Positions 41,231 to 52,342 of a DNA stretch of 64,000 nucleotides are shown here, piece after piece. The position numbers and the translations under genes were made by a program. Below the pieces are notes generated by a model, which ran no database searches, was not told where the DNA came from, and saw only the letters and a program-made list of their open reading frames with translations. This DNA comes from Methanomassiliicoccaceae archaeon (GTDB lineage: Archaea; Thermoplasmatota; Thermoplasmata; Methanomassiliicoccales; Methanomassiliicoccaceae), in the NCBI GenBank assembly GCA_963728405.1, contig CAVSJV010000017.1, positions 256,001-320,000 of the forward strand, given 5' to 3'. The first letter of the stretch is position 1. The number at the start of each line of letters is the position of its first letter.

Positions 41231-42262
41231 CTGACACACCACTATTCCGGACCGAATTTCGGCTTTCCACGAGGAGACGCTCGTTTGGACCTCACTGACC
41301 TTTTTGCGTTCCCCAAGCCTGGCGACCCCAGTAAGTCGACCATTATCATGAACACGCATCCCTCATCTGCGCTCAATCCACCCGAACCGACAAACTCTGA
41401 ACCCTTCGCGCCGGAGGGACTCTATGAGCTGAGGGTGGATACGAACGGGGACATGATCGCGGACATCGCCTATCGAGTGCGCTTCTTACGAAGCGGAAAT
41501 GGTGCAATGACGGCGACGGTGCGTCGGGCGGAGGGGCCCGAGGCCGCCGGCAGAGGCGAGGAAGGGAAGGTCATCATCGAGGGAGCGCCGGCCTCGATGG
41601 GTCGCGAAGCGCAGGTGACAAGGTCTGGTGCGTATCGCTTGTTTACCGGCTGGCGCAGCGATCCGTTCTTTTTCGACGTGGAGGGTGTTTTGAACAAGAT
41701 GCAGTTCACGGGGACGGACTGGTTCGCCGATAAGGATATTTGCAGCATAGTCTTGGAGATTCCCGTAAGCGACCTCGGCGGTGGAGTGAGCGTGAACCTA
41801 TGGCATCGGTCCCTCGTGCAGGTTGATGGCAAATGGGTGCAGGCCGACCGAGGGGCACTGCCCTCTCAGACCCCCTTCCTGGCGGACGCCCAAAGAGAGG
41901 CGTACCTTGACGGAGAGCCAGCACAGGACGAGAGATTCGTGCCCATGTTCGCCCACGTTCTGGAGAAGACCGGCGGGTACACCCCGCAAGGAGCCGAGGC
42001 AGCGGCCAGGAGCCTGTTGCCTGACGTCTTGCCGTACGACCCCAGGAAGCCCGCGGCCTATCCTGGAAACGGACGCACCCCCACGGACGATTCGAAGGAC
42101 ATCTTTCTGACCGTGTTCAACGGCAGGCTGACACGGGATAAGTGTGGTCCGCACACTGATCTATTGAACGAGTTCCCCTACCTTGGTCCGCCACACAAAA
42201 TTCGATCTGAGGGCGCTGAGCCTGGCAAGAGCCGTTCAACCGTCAGTGTGTTGGGACGATGA
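41231..42262 (+). CDS. DUF4331-family protein; apparent CTG start
   Basis: (M)THHYSGP..GFP.GDARLDLTDLFAF, G.RSDPFFFD, PDVL.YD, NGR..TDD, FPYLGPPH. Confidence 0.75.
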   Translation: MTHHYSGPNFGFPRGDARLDLTDLFAFPKPGDPSKSTIIMNTHPSSALNPPEPTNSEPFAPEGLYELRVDTNGDMIADIAYRVRFLRSGNGAMTATVRRAEGPEAAGRGEEGKVIIEGAPASMGREAQVTRSGAYRLFTGWRSDPFFFDVEGVLNKMQFTGTDWFADKDICSIVLEIPVSDLGGGVSVNLWHRSLVQVDGKWVQADRGALPSQTPFLADAQREAYLDGEPAQDERFVPMFAHVLEKTGGYTPQGAEAAARSLLPDVLPYDPRKPAAYPGNGRTPTDDSKDIFLTVFNGRLTRDKCGPHTDLLNEFPYLGPPHKIRSEGAEPGKSRSTVSVLGR

Positions 42263-42276
42263 GGTCAGATGCGCTC

Positions 42277-42875
42277 TCAGAAGGACCCCGTCTCAACCCT
42301 TCCAGCGCTCTGGTAATTGGCGACGATGACCCCCTTCGGTGAGACTTTGCTGTCGATCAGCTTGAACGCCGCCGGAATCGTGCCTTCGGCGAACAGCCGT
42401 TTTCCCGGGCCGAGCGTTACCGGGAATATCTTGAGCCATAGTTCATCGACCAGATCGTGCTTCAGGAGGGTCTGAATCAGATTGCCACTACCATGGACCT
42501 GAATCTCGGGGCCGTCCTGCGCCTTGATGTCCATTATCGCCTTCACGACATCGCCATGCAATTGAACCGATTGCGCCCATTTGAATTGCATAGGATGCCG
42601 GGAGGCGACATACTTGGTCGCCTGGTTGATCTCCACGCCCTCATCTTTGTGATGGGGCCAATAGGAGGCGAAGAGTTCATACATGTCTTCCTGCCTAGAA
42701 GAAGGTCGAACGGCCCCCCCATCTGCTCGCTCATCACCTTGCCCATGAACTCATCAAAATAGGGGACCGTCCAGCCGCCGTGCTTGAAACCACCGGAGAT
42801 GTCTTCCCCTGGCCCGCCGGGCGCTTGCATAACGCCGTCGATCGTAACGAAGGAGAGAACGACGATTTTTCTCAT
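42277..42875 (-). CDS. Dihydrofolate reductase / RibD C-terminal family protein; frameshift near 42685
   Basis: FVTIDGVMQAPGG, LLLGRKT(Y), GSG.L, DLVDEL...FPV.LG.GKRLF. Confidence 0.88.
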
Positions 42876-43207
42876 GTTGTTTTTTAGGCGGCTCACGTCA
42901 TTAATGGTTTGTTAACACCTGGCATTATTGGCGATCCAAGACGACTTAGCGAAGGCTGAAAGTCGACGCTCAACAATGACCAAAGGGGATGAGGTTTCGG
43001 AGCTATTCCTTCTCGATATCCCCCCATATCGCGGTCGTTCGGATTGTTCTAGGAATAAGGATTCCATCACTATTCACCTTGGTGTGCCACCTGACCAGCG
43101 TCGTGATGGAGCTTCGACGCCGACCTGAGCACCTGTTATCACGATCGGCTTCCGATGGGGCGAGCAATACTATATCTGAAATTTTTTTGTCTTGAAAGGT
43201 GCGAACG

Positions 43208-43537
43208 ATGCCCCACATAAGGGCATTGGTAGTGGACGATGAGCCATTCCTGCTCGACCTGACCAAGCTCTTCCTGGAGGACGAGGAGGACATCTCGGTG
43301 GATGTCACCAGCTCCGGAGAGGAGACGTTTCGGCTGACCGAGAGCGGCGAATATGACGTCGTAGTCTCCGACTTCCAGATGCCGGACATGGACGGCCTTG
43401 AACTGTTAAGGAGCCTAAGAAAAAGGGACGGCGGGCTTCCCTTAATCCTGTTCAGCGGCCTGGGTGCCAGCCCCCGCCTGAGTTATCGCCGGAGCGGCGA
43501 CGGTCCTGTTCCTCATCAACACCCCTACCAGCAATAG
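43208..43537 (+). pseudogene. Response-regulator receiver domain, truncated or frameshifted at the C-terminus
   Basis: LVVDDE, VVSDFQMPDMDGLELL, ILFSG; conserved K(P) motif missing. Confidence 0.7.
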
Positions 43538-43673
43538 TTACGCCCGAGGGATCGGGCTGGATGCCCTGTCGAGCGAAGGGAATACGCTCGAAACTTGCCC
43601 TACCGCGAGGGCCCTCAGCCTACGACCATAGGAATAACACAACATTCAAAGATAGGGTCAAATATCAACTATC

Positions 43674-44549
43674 GTGAACAAGCTTAGATTTGCCTTCCTG
43701 GCAATCGCTGTTGGGGCCGTGGTGCTGGTCCTGAAGCTGTTGGCCTACCTCACCTCTGGCTCGGTAGCATTGCTATCGGATGCATTGGAATCCATCATCA
43801 ACATCGTAGCCTCGGTGATGATGATGTTCTCCATCTGGATAGCGGCAAAGCCAGCTGATCTAAATCATAATTACGGGCACAAGAAGGCCGAGAACATCTC
43901 GGCCCTGATCGAGGGCCTTCTGATCATTATCGCCGCTGTCCTCATCATAGAGGCGAGCGTTGGCAGACTGCTGGCGCCAGAGGGGCTGGGCAACGTCGAT
44001 CTGGCCCTCCTGATCTCCCTATCGGCCACCTCCTTGAATGGCATTCTTGCCATCGTGCTGTTGCGAGCTTCGGGGCGAACGGGTTCGATAGCCTTGGAAG
44101 GCGATGCGAAGCATCTGATGTCCGATGTGTTCTCTTCCGTAGGTGTGGTCATCGGTCTGTTCATCGCCAGCCTGACGGGCTGGTTCATCCTGGACCCTCT
44201 CATCGCTCTGGTGGTGGCGTCCCTCCTGATCAGGATGGGCTACAGTGTGCTGAGGAAGACGTCGGAAGACCTGATGGACCAGAGCTGCCAGGAAGAGGAG
44301 AGATTGGTCCGGGAAGTGTTGGCCCGGGTTGATGGTTATATCGAGTACCACGATCTAAAGACGAGGAAGGTCGGAAACCAGGTCTTCTCGGAGTTCCACC
44401 TCTGCGTAGATGGGAGCTGTTCCACCTCCTGCTCCCATGCCCTTGCCGAGAAGATCGAACTGGAGATTGGGAAGGTCGTCCCCGACATCACTGTGACCAT
44501 CCATGTGGAGACGCAAGCTCAGGCCGTAGGAAATAAAGTGAGCATCTGA
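43674..44549 (+). CDS. CDF-family transporter (FieF-like)
   Basis: LSDALES, HNYGHKKAE, DAKHLMSD, TIHVE. Confidence 0.9.
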   Translation: MNKLRFAFLAIAVGAVVLVLKLLAYLTSGSVALLSDALESIINIVASVMMMFSIWIAAKPADLNHNYGHKKAENISALIEGLLIIIAAVLIIEASVGRLLAPEGLGNVDLALLISLSATSLNGILAIVLLRASGRTGSIALEGDAKHLMSDVFSSVGVVIGLFIASLTGWFILDPLIALVVASLLIRMGYSVLRKTSEDLMDQSCQEEERLVREVLARVDGYIEYHDLKTRKVGNQVFSEFHLCVDGSCSTSCSHALAEKIELEIGKVVPDITVTIHVETQAQAVGNKVSI

Positions 44550-44621
44550 AGGCACCTAGTACGCGTGAGGATGGGCGAACAATTCAATAGGGTAACCGCT
44601 CAACTCATCGTCGGTCATTAA

Positions 44622-45948
44622 ATGAGGAGAACTACCTGGGTGCTGGCATCGGCCTTGCTGCTGGCAGGCGTGGTCATCGCTTCACTGCTCATCAATACCT
44701 CGCCCAGTACAGTCCGGGCCGCCCAGCGAGGGCCAGGTGGTGCTGGAGCTGGCGGCCGAGGGGCTCGTTCATCCGGTCGGGGTAGCGAGCCCTACCGGGC
44801 TGGAGGACCGGACGTTCATCGTGGACCAGGTCGGAGTGGTCAGGACGCTGCTGTCCAACGGTTCCCTGCTCCCTGAGCCTTTCCTGGATCTGCGTGACCA
44901 GGTGGTCAGCCTCGACATTGGCTACGACGAGCGGGGGCTGCTCAGCATAGCATTCCATCCGAACTACACTACCAACCACAAGTTGTACGCGTTCTACAGC
45001 GCTCCGCTCCGTCCGGAAGCGCCGGCCGATTACGATCACACCAACTACATCGTCGAGCTGACCGCCTCGGAGGATGGTGCGATCGGTCGACCCCGCTACG
45101 GCCCGCGTTATCCTGGCCATCGATAATCCGTACATGAACCATAACGGCGGGGCAGGTGCTCTTCGGGCTCGATGGCTTCCTCTACACTGCACGGTGGGAG
45201 ACGGGGGCGGAGGGAACGACGTGGGAAGAGGGCACAACGCCACCGTCGGCAATGCCCAGGACCTGAACTCCATCCACGGAAAGGTCCTCCGGCTTGGACA
45301 TCGATTGGGAATCGGACGGCCGACCCTATTCCATCCCCGCCGACAATCCATTCGCCCAGGGGGGCGGCCTTCCCGGAGATCTTCGCCTGGGGCTTCCGGA
45401 ACCCCGCCTACGCCGCCTTCGATCCCACCAACGGCAGCCTGTTCGTCGCCGACGCCGGCCAGAACCGCTACGAGGAGGTGGACCTGGTGGTGAAGGGCGG
45501 CAACTACGGCTGGAACATCAAGGAAGGAACGCATTGCTTCGATCCGAACAATTCGCTAGCTAACCCGACCTCATGCCCCAACAAGGGGGCTAACGGCGAG
45601 AGGTTGATCGACCCCATGGCCGAGTTCAAGAACTCCGCCCTGCCCGGAGGGGAAGGGGCCGTTGTCATCGGCGGAGCGCCATACCACGGCAACATCTCCG
45701 CACTGAACGGCGGCTACATCTTCGGGGCCTTCCGGGACGGGGGCAGTCCGCTGTTCGTCCTCCTGCCCTCGGAGGCCGGCAACTGGACCCGATACGCCCT
45801 GTCGGTCGAGGGCCGCTCCGACGGCCGGGTGCCCGGGTACCTCCTGTCGGTAGGCCTGGACGCCCGGGGCGAGCTCCTGGTCCTAGGTGCGGACAACGCC
45901 GGACCGAGCGGGAGCACCGGCCAGGTCTGGAGAGTTAAAGGCCGATAG
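44622..45948 (+). CDS. Secreted PQQ-dependent glucose/sorbosone dehydrogenase-family protein; several frameshifts
   Basis: ERGLLSIAFHP, NHNGG, GDGG, AQDL....GKVLR, GFRNP, GGNYGW..KEG..C. Confidence 0.85.
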
Positions 45949-45991
45949 GGACGGCCAAAGGAAGTTCGGGCCCCGCTAGGGGACGTCCTGG

Positions 45992-46627
45992 TCATCGGAC
46001 CCCTCCACGCTGTGGGACCCCTCCTTGCTCTTCCAACGGCCGTAGAGGATGTACACCAGGAAGGCCGCCCCGCCGACACCAGGATGACAACGTCCATCCG
46101 TTGAGGCTGTGGGCCAGCTCGATCCAGTACTTGCCGAGCAGGAAACCCGCCGACACCAGCACGGTGTTCCAGATGGTAGCGCCGATGAAGGTGAAGAGAG
46201 CGAAGCGCTTGATGTCCATCCGCGTTATCCCGGCCGGGAAGGAGATGATGGACCGTATGCCTGGAAGAGCGTGCCCTATGAGAATGCCGTAGTTGCCCCA
46301 CTTGGCGAACCAGGCGTCGGCGCGGCACAGGGCATCGGGACCGAGGCCGAAATAGCGGCCGAAACGGTCCAGGAACGGGCGCCCCAGGGTCCGGCCGAGC
46401 AGATAGGCGATGGTCGAACCGCACATGGCGCCCAGTGAACCGATGAGTATAACGAGGACGATGTTCAGCTCCCCGGTCGAGCACAGGTATCCGGCGAAGG
46501 GCATGATCAGCTCGCTCGGTATCGGAGTAAGGATGCCCTCAACGAACATGGCGACAAAGATGCCGAGGTAGCCGGCGGAGGAGATCAGGGCCAGTATCCA
46601 GTCGTTGATCAGCTCGATAACATTCAT
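45992..46627 (-). CDS. DedA-family membrane protein (frameshift near 3' end)
   Basis: PIPSELIMPFAG, PGIRS.IS.PAG, GATIWN. Confidence 0.9.
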   Translation of the reverse strand: MNVIELINDWILALISSAGYLGIFVAMFVEGILTPIPSELIMPFAGYLCSTGELNIVLVILIGSLGAMCGSTIAYLLGRTLGRPFLDRFGRYFGLGPDALCRADAWFAKWGNYGILIGHALPGIRSIISFPAGITRMDIKRFALFTFIGATIWNTVLVSAGFLLGKYWIELAHSLNGWTLSSWCRRGGLPGVHPLRPLEEQGGVPQRGGVR

Positions 46628-46753
46628 TCAATGTACCGCCGGGGCTGGTCAGATTAGACCGGCACCCGATAAAGAGCTTTCGGCCCCTGTTCGGGGACGC
46701 CCCCGCAGACGCAACCCTCTTGAACGGGAGAGTCATTACCGGGGACGTTTCAC

Positions 46754-47959
46754 ATGGTCGACTTCCGCCCCTTTTCCGGCATCCTTCCGCACCTGACCAA
46801 GAACGAGGACATCGCCGACCGCGTATCCCCGCCCTACGACATCATCTCTGCCGAGGAGCAGGCCAAGCTTCAATCGAAGCCGTACAACATCACCAGGATC
46901 ACCCTCGGAGGGGTGGACGGAAAGTACGACCAAGCGGCCAAGCTATTGGACTCCTGGATCGCATCCGGCAAGCTGGCCCAGGACAAGGAACCGTGCTACT
47001 ACCTATATCGCCAGAGCTTCCAGGATGACGGGAAGTGGCTGATCCGCAATGGCATCATCGGTGTGCTGAAGGCCGAGGGTTACGAGGCCGGGAACATCAT
47101 CCCGCACGAGGAAACCTTCCCCAAGGTCAAGGAGGACCGCTTGAACCTGCTCCGGTCCACGGCGACGCACTGCGAATCGATCTTCGGCCTCTACGACCGC
47201 TCGGAGATCGATCTGAACGAGATCACCAAGACCGCTACTAAGCTGTACGAGTGCAGCGATGTCTCCGGTACCAAGCACCAGCTCTACCGCATTGCCGACC
47301 GCGCTACGGTCGAAGGCATACAGAGCATGCTCGCGGCCAAGAAGGTCCTCATCGCCGACGGCCACCACCGGTACGAGACCTCTTACAAGTACTCCCAGGA
47401 GAACCTCCTGGACGAGAGGAGGTCATACGTTCTTTGCACCATGGTCTCCTCCCAGGACACCGGCATGTTCGTCCGGCCGACCCACCGCCTGATCAAGAAC
47501 CTGAGGTTCCAGGAGAAGGAGCTCCTGGATGCTCTAGGCAAGCATTTCTCGGTGCGAGAGGTCAAGGGCGCCACGGCCGCCCAGGAGGCCATGGACGCGG
47601 CGACCGCCCCTACCTTCGGACTTCTGCTGCCGAACGGCAAGACCCTCTTGGCCGAGTTCACCGCACCCCCCGGGGACATCCTGTGGTCGGTGGACACCTA
47701 TGTCTGTCAAGAAGTGATCCTGAAGGGCATCCTGTACTCGATGCCCAAGGGCAACGAGCTGGAGGTCGAGTACGATCACGACCTTTCGTCCGTCGAGAAG
47801 AAGGTCCAAGCGGGAGGAGCCGACCTCGCCATCCTGGTCCGCGCGCCCTCCCTGGACATGGTCTGGAAGGTTGCCCAGAACGGGCGCAAGATGCCTAAGA
47901 AGACCACCTACTTCTGGCCGAAGATCTGGTCCGGGTTCGTCCTCTACCGGATGAAATGA
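46754..47959 (+). CDS. DUF1015-family protein
   Basis: SPPYDII, IPHEETF, IADGHHRYET, MP.KTTYFWPK. Confidence 0.9.
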   Translation: MVDFRPFSGILPHLTKNEDIADRVSPPYDIISAEEQAKLQSKPYNITRITLGGVDGKYDQAAKLLDSWIASGKLAQDKEPCYYLYRQSFQDDGKWLIRNGIIGVLKAEGYEAGNIIPHEETFPKVKEDRLNLLRSTATHCESIFGLYDRSEIDLNEITKTATKLYECSDVSGTKHQLYRIADRATVEGIQSMLAAKKVLIADGHHRYETSYKYSQENLLDERRSYVLCTMVSSQDTGMFVRPTHRLIKNLRFQEKELLDALGKHFSVREVKGATAAQEAMDAATAPTFGLLLPNGKTLLAEFTAPPGDILWSVDTYVCQEVILKGILYSMPKGNELEVEYDHDLSSVEKKVQAGGADLAILVRAPSLDMVWKVAQNGRKMPKKTTYFWPKIWSGFVLYRMK

Positions 47960-48064
47960 CCATCAATATCTAGATGAATAATAATTAAATGAGCGCAATC
48001 TATTTGTAGCTCCGGCTCCAAGAAAGAACCGTAGACGGAAGGTCCACGGGGAAGGGAAGGATAG

Positions 48065-48178
48065 ATGACCGGATATCGCTCGGAGATGGCCCACCAGAAG
48101 AGGAAGGACATCTTGCTGGCATTGCTGGTCATCTTCCTTCTCGCATTGCTGTTGATCGTGATCCCCGGATCGGTCTGA
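48065..48178 (+). CDS. 37-aa single-TM small protein, absent from the ORF track
   Basis: MTGYRSEMAHQKRKDILLALLVIFLLALLLIVIPGSV*; purine-rich leader; T-tract downstream. Confidence 0.5.
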   Translation: MTGYRSEMAHQKRKDILLALLVIFLLALLLIVIPGSV

Positions 48179-48198
48179 GGTCTGCTAGTCCTCCACCA

Positions 48199-48216
48199 AT
48201 TTTTTTCTTTTTTGTT
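48199..48216 (+). terminator. Oligo-T tract, probable archaeal terminator
   Basis: T-rich run directly after the small ORF, between convergent genes. Confidence 0.4.
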
Positions 48217-49124
48217 CATCTCACTGTGCAGGTAGACTCCACCGCCCGCTGCATCTCGATGAACCGCTGGGGAGCGTTCTTGAACGCCTCAAGACATTGC
48301 TGGGAACAGAAGTGATATTCCTGACCGTCGTAGGCGAAGAAGAAGTCGGTCCTCTTGGTGTCCACTTCCACACCGCATACCGGATCGATCAGCGCCTTCC
48401 TGACCTTTGTCACCATGACCCGCGCCCCCATCTCATGGCAGTGCACGATCTCGTCGGCCCCGGCCCGCTGCAGCTTGGCCACGTTGCGGTTCTCCTCTAC
48501 CTCGGAGACTATTCTCAGCTTTTCGTTGAGCATCCGGGCGGTGATCACCACCATCAGGTTGATCGGGTCAGGCATGGTCGCCAGAAGTCCTTTCGCCCCC
48601 TTTATGTTGGCACGCTCGAGCACTTCCTCGTTCTCGGCGTTGCCCTCGATGACCGGGATGTGTGCTTCCACCAGCTCCTCTACTTTACGTCGATCCCTCT
48701 CGATTATAATGAAGCGCTCGCCCTTGGCGCTCAGCTGGTCCATGATCTGGTGACCGACCGTTCCCGAAACCGCAGATGATATAGTGGTCGTTCATTTTGG
48801 TTCTCCTCTCCGGCAGGCCCAGTTCGGCGCGTATCTCCTCTTCATGGCCAGGTCGAAGGTGGTCTGGAAAAAGGACAGCGCCGCTCCGATCCCGACCACC
48901 ATCACCACCGAGGCCACGATCCTGGACTCTGGAGTGGTGGGGACATAATCCCCGTACCCCACCGTGGTCATCGTCACCAGGGTGAAGTAGAGCGCGTCCC
49001 AGGGGTCCTGTATCGTAGGCTCCTCCAGGCTGAACCCGACGACCCCGAACGCGACGATGGCCAAAATGACGGCCAGGGCGATTAGTATCTGATCCTTTTT
49101 GCCTAACAAGGTTGATTGAGCCAA
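48216..49124 (-). CDS. Two-TM potassium channel + RCK (TrkA-N) + C-terminal YHS domain; frameshifts near 48835 and 48760
   Basis: TMTTVGYGD filter; HYIICGFG..G; DPVCG..V...Y.FCS..C...F...P. Confidence 0.85.
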
Positions 49125-49190
49125 TGAACAGGTCGGTATTTATCGATATGTTAATTCGATAAAATGAGGATGGAAGAAGTTTAGGGTTTC

Positions 49191-50884
49191 TTAGGCACCC
49201 TCTTCCTGGCCAACACATATGAACGAGAGGTAAAGAGTTTGAAGGGAGGGGTCAGATAGACGTTCGTCCAGATCCTCATACTCTTCATCCGTCTTCTTCC
49301 GCCCATTGTTGGCCCGCTTCTGCATCGCCTCCATGCCCTTCCACGAGCGGGCCGGCGGACCCTTCTCCTTCTTGCGGCGATGGTTGAAGTAGATCAGGAC
49401 GGCCACGATGGCCACCCCGGCGAGGGCAGCGATGATCCCATAGATGGCCAGGGGATTGCTCGGCGTGACGCTGATCGAACCCAGCCCGCCGGTCTGCCCC
49501 GGCTGCACGGTACCGGCACGGTCCTTCCGTCCCAGCCGGTTTTGGACAGTGTCAGCTCATGGGGGCCGGCGTGCGTGCTGAAAGAGAATGCGCCCGCATC
49601 GTTGGTGATGACCGCCACGCCCTTGTCCAGCGATACGCTGACCCCGGCCAGCGGGTTACCGTTGTTATCGGTGACCACGCCGGAGACGGTTCCCATATCA
49701 GTTGTGGTGAACGTCCAGCTCTTGGTCATCGGCGCACCGACGAGGTCCTTTCCGCTTACCGTGACCGTGTAGGTCGTACCATAGGCAAGATCGCTCAAGG
49801 GTGTGAAGGTCAGGGCGGTCCCGTCCCAGCTCACGGCCCCGCTCACGCCCAGGATGGTGATATCGGTGGCCTCGTGGTCCATGGGCTTGGTGAAGTTGAC
49901 CACGATGGTGGTGCCCACCGGCTCCTGGTCGCCCTCGGGAAGTACGCTCACTATCCCTGGCGCGACGGTGTCCACCAGGAAGGTGACCTCGTCAGCAGCG
50001 GTACTGCTGGCGATGTCCACCGCCACGATTCTGACAGTGTGGTAGCCATCGGTGTAATTGCGGGTGAACTGATTATCGGTCGGAACGGCAGTGATCATCT
50101 TGACCCCATCGACCCAGATCTGATAGCCCTGGATGTCCCCGCCGGCGTCCACGCCGTTCCACACCACCGTGACGTCCGCGTGGTTGAAACCCGCGTTATC
50201 GGCAGGATAGGTTATGTTAGCCGTTGGATAGGTTGTGTCGACGTCGAAGCTCACCGTGGCCGAGGTCGTTCTCCCGCCCCAGCCGTGGGCGATGACGGTG
50301 ATGTTGTGATGGCCGTCGCTCAGGTCGGAAAAGGTGTGGGATGATCTGTTGAATGCGATCGGGGTGATCAAAGGGTATGAGTCCAGGCTGGCCTCGAAGT
50401 AGGCGATGTTCGCGCTGTCGGTGGCCTGCCAGGTCACGGTGACATCAGAATAGTTGAGGTACGTATTGCTCCCCGGCGAGACGATGCTCAGGACCGGCGG
50501 AACAGTGTCGATGAAGAAGAACACGGAGTCCTCGGCGACCCCGCCTACGTCATTGAAGGCCCGGACCACCACATAATGAGGTCCATCGGCCAGGCCGGTC
50601 AAATTGAACTGCGTCTGGCCTGTCGTCCGTGGCTCGGTGAGCGAGTCTAGGTAGACCAGGAATGAGGTGATGTTATGCTCGGTGTCCGTGGCATCCCAGG
50701 AGATCATAGCGTACGAAGTCTGGAGGTAGATGTTCTGCTGGGGGGCAGTGATGTTAACGCTCAGTGAGCCGGTGACCACCCCGGAAGCATTGAACGAGGC
50801 CAGTGGTGTCACCGTGGCCGCTGCGCTGAACATGACAAGCAAAGCTAGAATTACAACTAATGAACGCCCCATCCCGAATCCCAT
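49191..50884 (-). CDS. Cell-surface protein with multiple Ig-like and carboxypeptidase-regulatory-like domains, C-terminal TM; frameshift near 49510
   Basis: Signal peptide, three DG.H.V.V.A..D repeats, VNFTKPMD, VSGVVTD..GNPLAG. Confidence 0.85.
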
Positions 50885-51043
50885 CCTCTGTACTGACAGT
50901 TGGGCCAGAATCAAAATATGAGGTATTAATAGTAATCCAAGGTCGCATGTCAGGCTGGAGGCCAGTGGTTTTCCTCTCGTTGGTAGAGAAAGAACGGTCC
51001 AGACCATGGGGCAGCTCCCGACCGCCTCGGCCCAAGGCCGTTC

Positions 51044-51464
51044 CTATTCGAGCTTTATCAGGGAGCCGGAGCGAGCCGTCTGTTGCCCTGGAGCAAGGAT
51101 CATCTTTTCCAACTTTTCTTTGAGGTCCTGGACAGTCCTGGGCGGTATAGTTCAGGTCTGCTGATTTCTTGATGCCGAGGTCCGTGATCGTGATCTCCTT
51201 GATCGCGGAGATTTCTGCATATTCCAGGGTCTTGCTGGCACATCTCAGGGGGCATCCATCTATGCAAACGATGGCCCTGCCGGAACGGAACGGTTTCAGG
51301 AAGCTTTCATTGTGGGCGCCCGCCGCGGCGATGCATGCGACCTTGACCTTGCCTTCCCTGACGAGCTCCCGCGCCGCGTCATTGCTCATCTGCCCGACAT
51401 TGGCCGCACCATGACATAGGAAGAGCCATGGCAGGTTTTTGTTCTGAGATCCGTCTTCGTCCAT
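51044..51464 (-). CDS. DGC-domain putative zinc-binding protein; frameshift near 51135
   Basis: C.GAANVGQ, AC, IDGCPLRCA.KTL. Confidence 0.8.
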
Positions 51465-51762
51465 ACTCTCACCCTACGACCAGGGTAATTTGACCATGGC
51501 ATTATATAATTAAGTATAAAGTCAAATATTTAACCAATATAAAAAGTTCTTCCGAGATCTGTTCAAAAAGCGTGGCATGCGTTTCTCATATCTGTGATCG
51601 AGGGCATCCTAGAGGGGCTTTGAATAAAGCCACGAGTTATCACAGATCTGAACAATCTAGGTACTGGGCCAGCGCAAGAAGCCTTAGGGCACCATTATGG
51701 GCTCATCGCCCTAGGTCAGCTCATGACCTTTCAGGTAACTAACGGACTAGAAGAGATGGTAG

Positions 51763-51837
51763 TGGAGCCACTGGAGGGAATTGAACCCTCGACCTACGCC
51801 TTACCAAGGCGTCGCTATACCACTAAGCCACAGTGGC
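51763..51837 (-). tRNA. tRNA-Thr(GGT), CCA encoded
   Basis: GCCACTG/CAGTGGC acceptor, ACGCC-TT GGT AA-GGCGT, GGTTCAATTCC. Confidence 0.95.
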
Positions 51838-51904
51838 GGATGGAGACCATCAATCCGCTTTTCGTTAATATAGGTTTCGTCTTGGCTGGCCATTCTAGGG
51901 TGGG

Positions 51905-52258
51905 TCAGCCGGCCATGGGGGTGGAGAGGATGCCCAGCGACTCGTAGCTATACACCACGATGTTCTCCCGACCCTCCTTGTTCACCCGGTCCATCATGGA
52001 AAAGAAGCCCTCGTTGGGGACGATGACCGCCACATACAGGCCCTCATCGGCGGCGTCGTTGTACTCCTCGACCGCCTCGCCGCGCACCCAGCTGAGGTCC
52101 GACTCCACGAACTCCGCGCCGATGGTGATCTCCTCGCTCTGGATGGTTATCACTCCCCGGTTGTCCGGGGCGATAAGCTCATAGTCGGTATCCAGCTCGG
52201 GGTCGTCCTCCTCCAGCTGCTCGATGCGCTGCAATATGACATCCTCGACGTCGATCAA
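51905..52258 (-). CDS. Acidic hypothetical protein
   Basis: 117 aa, GAGGTG-5nt-TTG, host-like codon usage. Confidence 0.7.
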   Translation of the reverse strand: MIDVEDVILQRIEQLEEDDPELDTDYELIAPDNRGVITIQSEEITIGAEFVESDLSWVRGEAVEEYNDAADEGLYVAVIVPNEGFFSMMDRVNKEGRENIVVYSYESLGILSTPMAG

Positions 52259-52342
52259 TATCCCACCTCAGCGACCTGGAGCTATAATTATTCTTCTCGC
52301 TTCCGCCAGTATGCATCGCCTCACTTGCTGGCTTATGAACAT

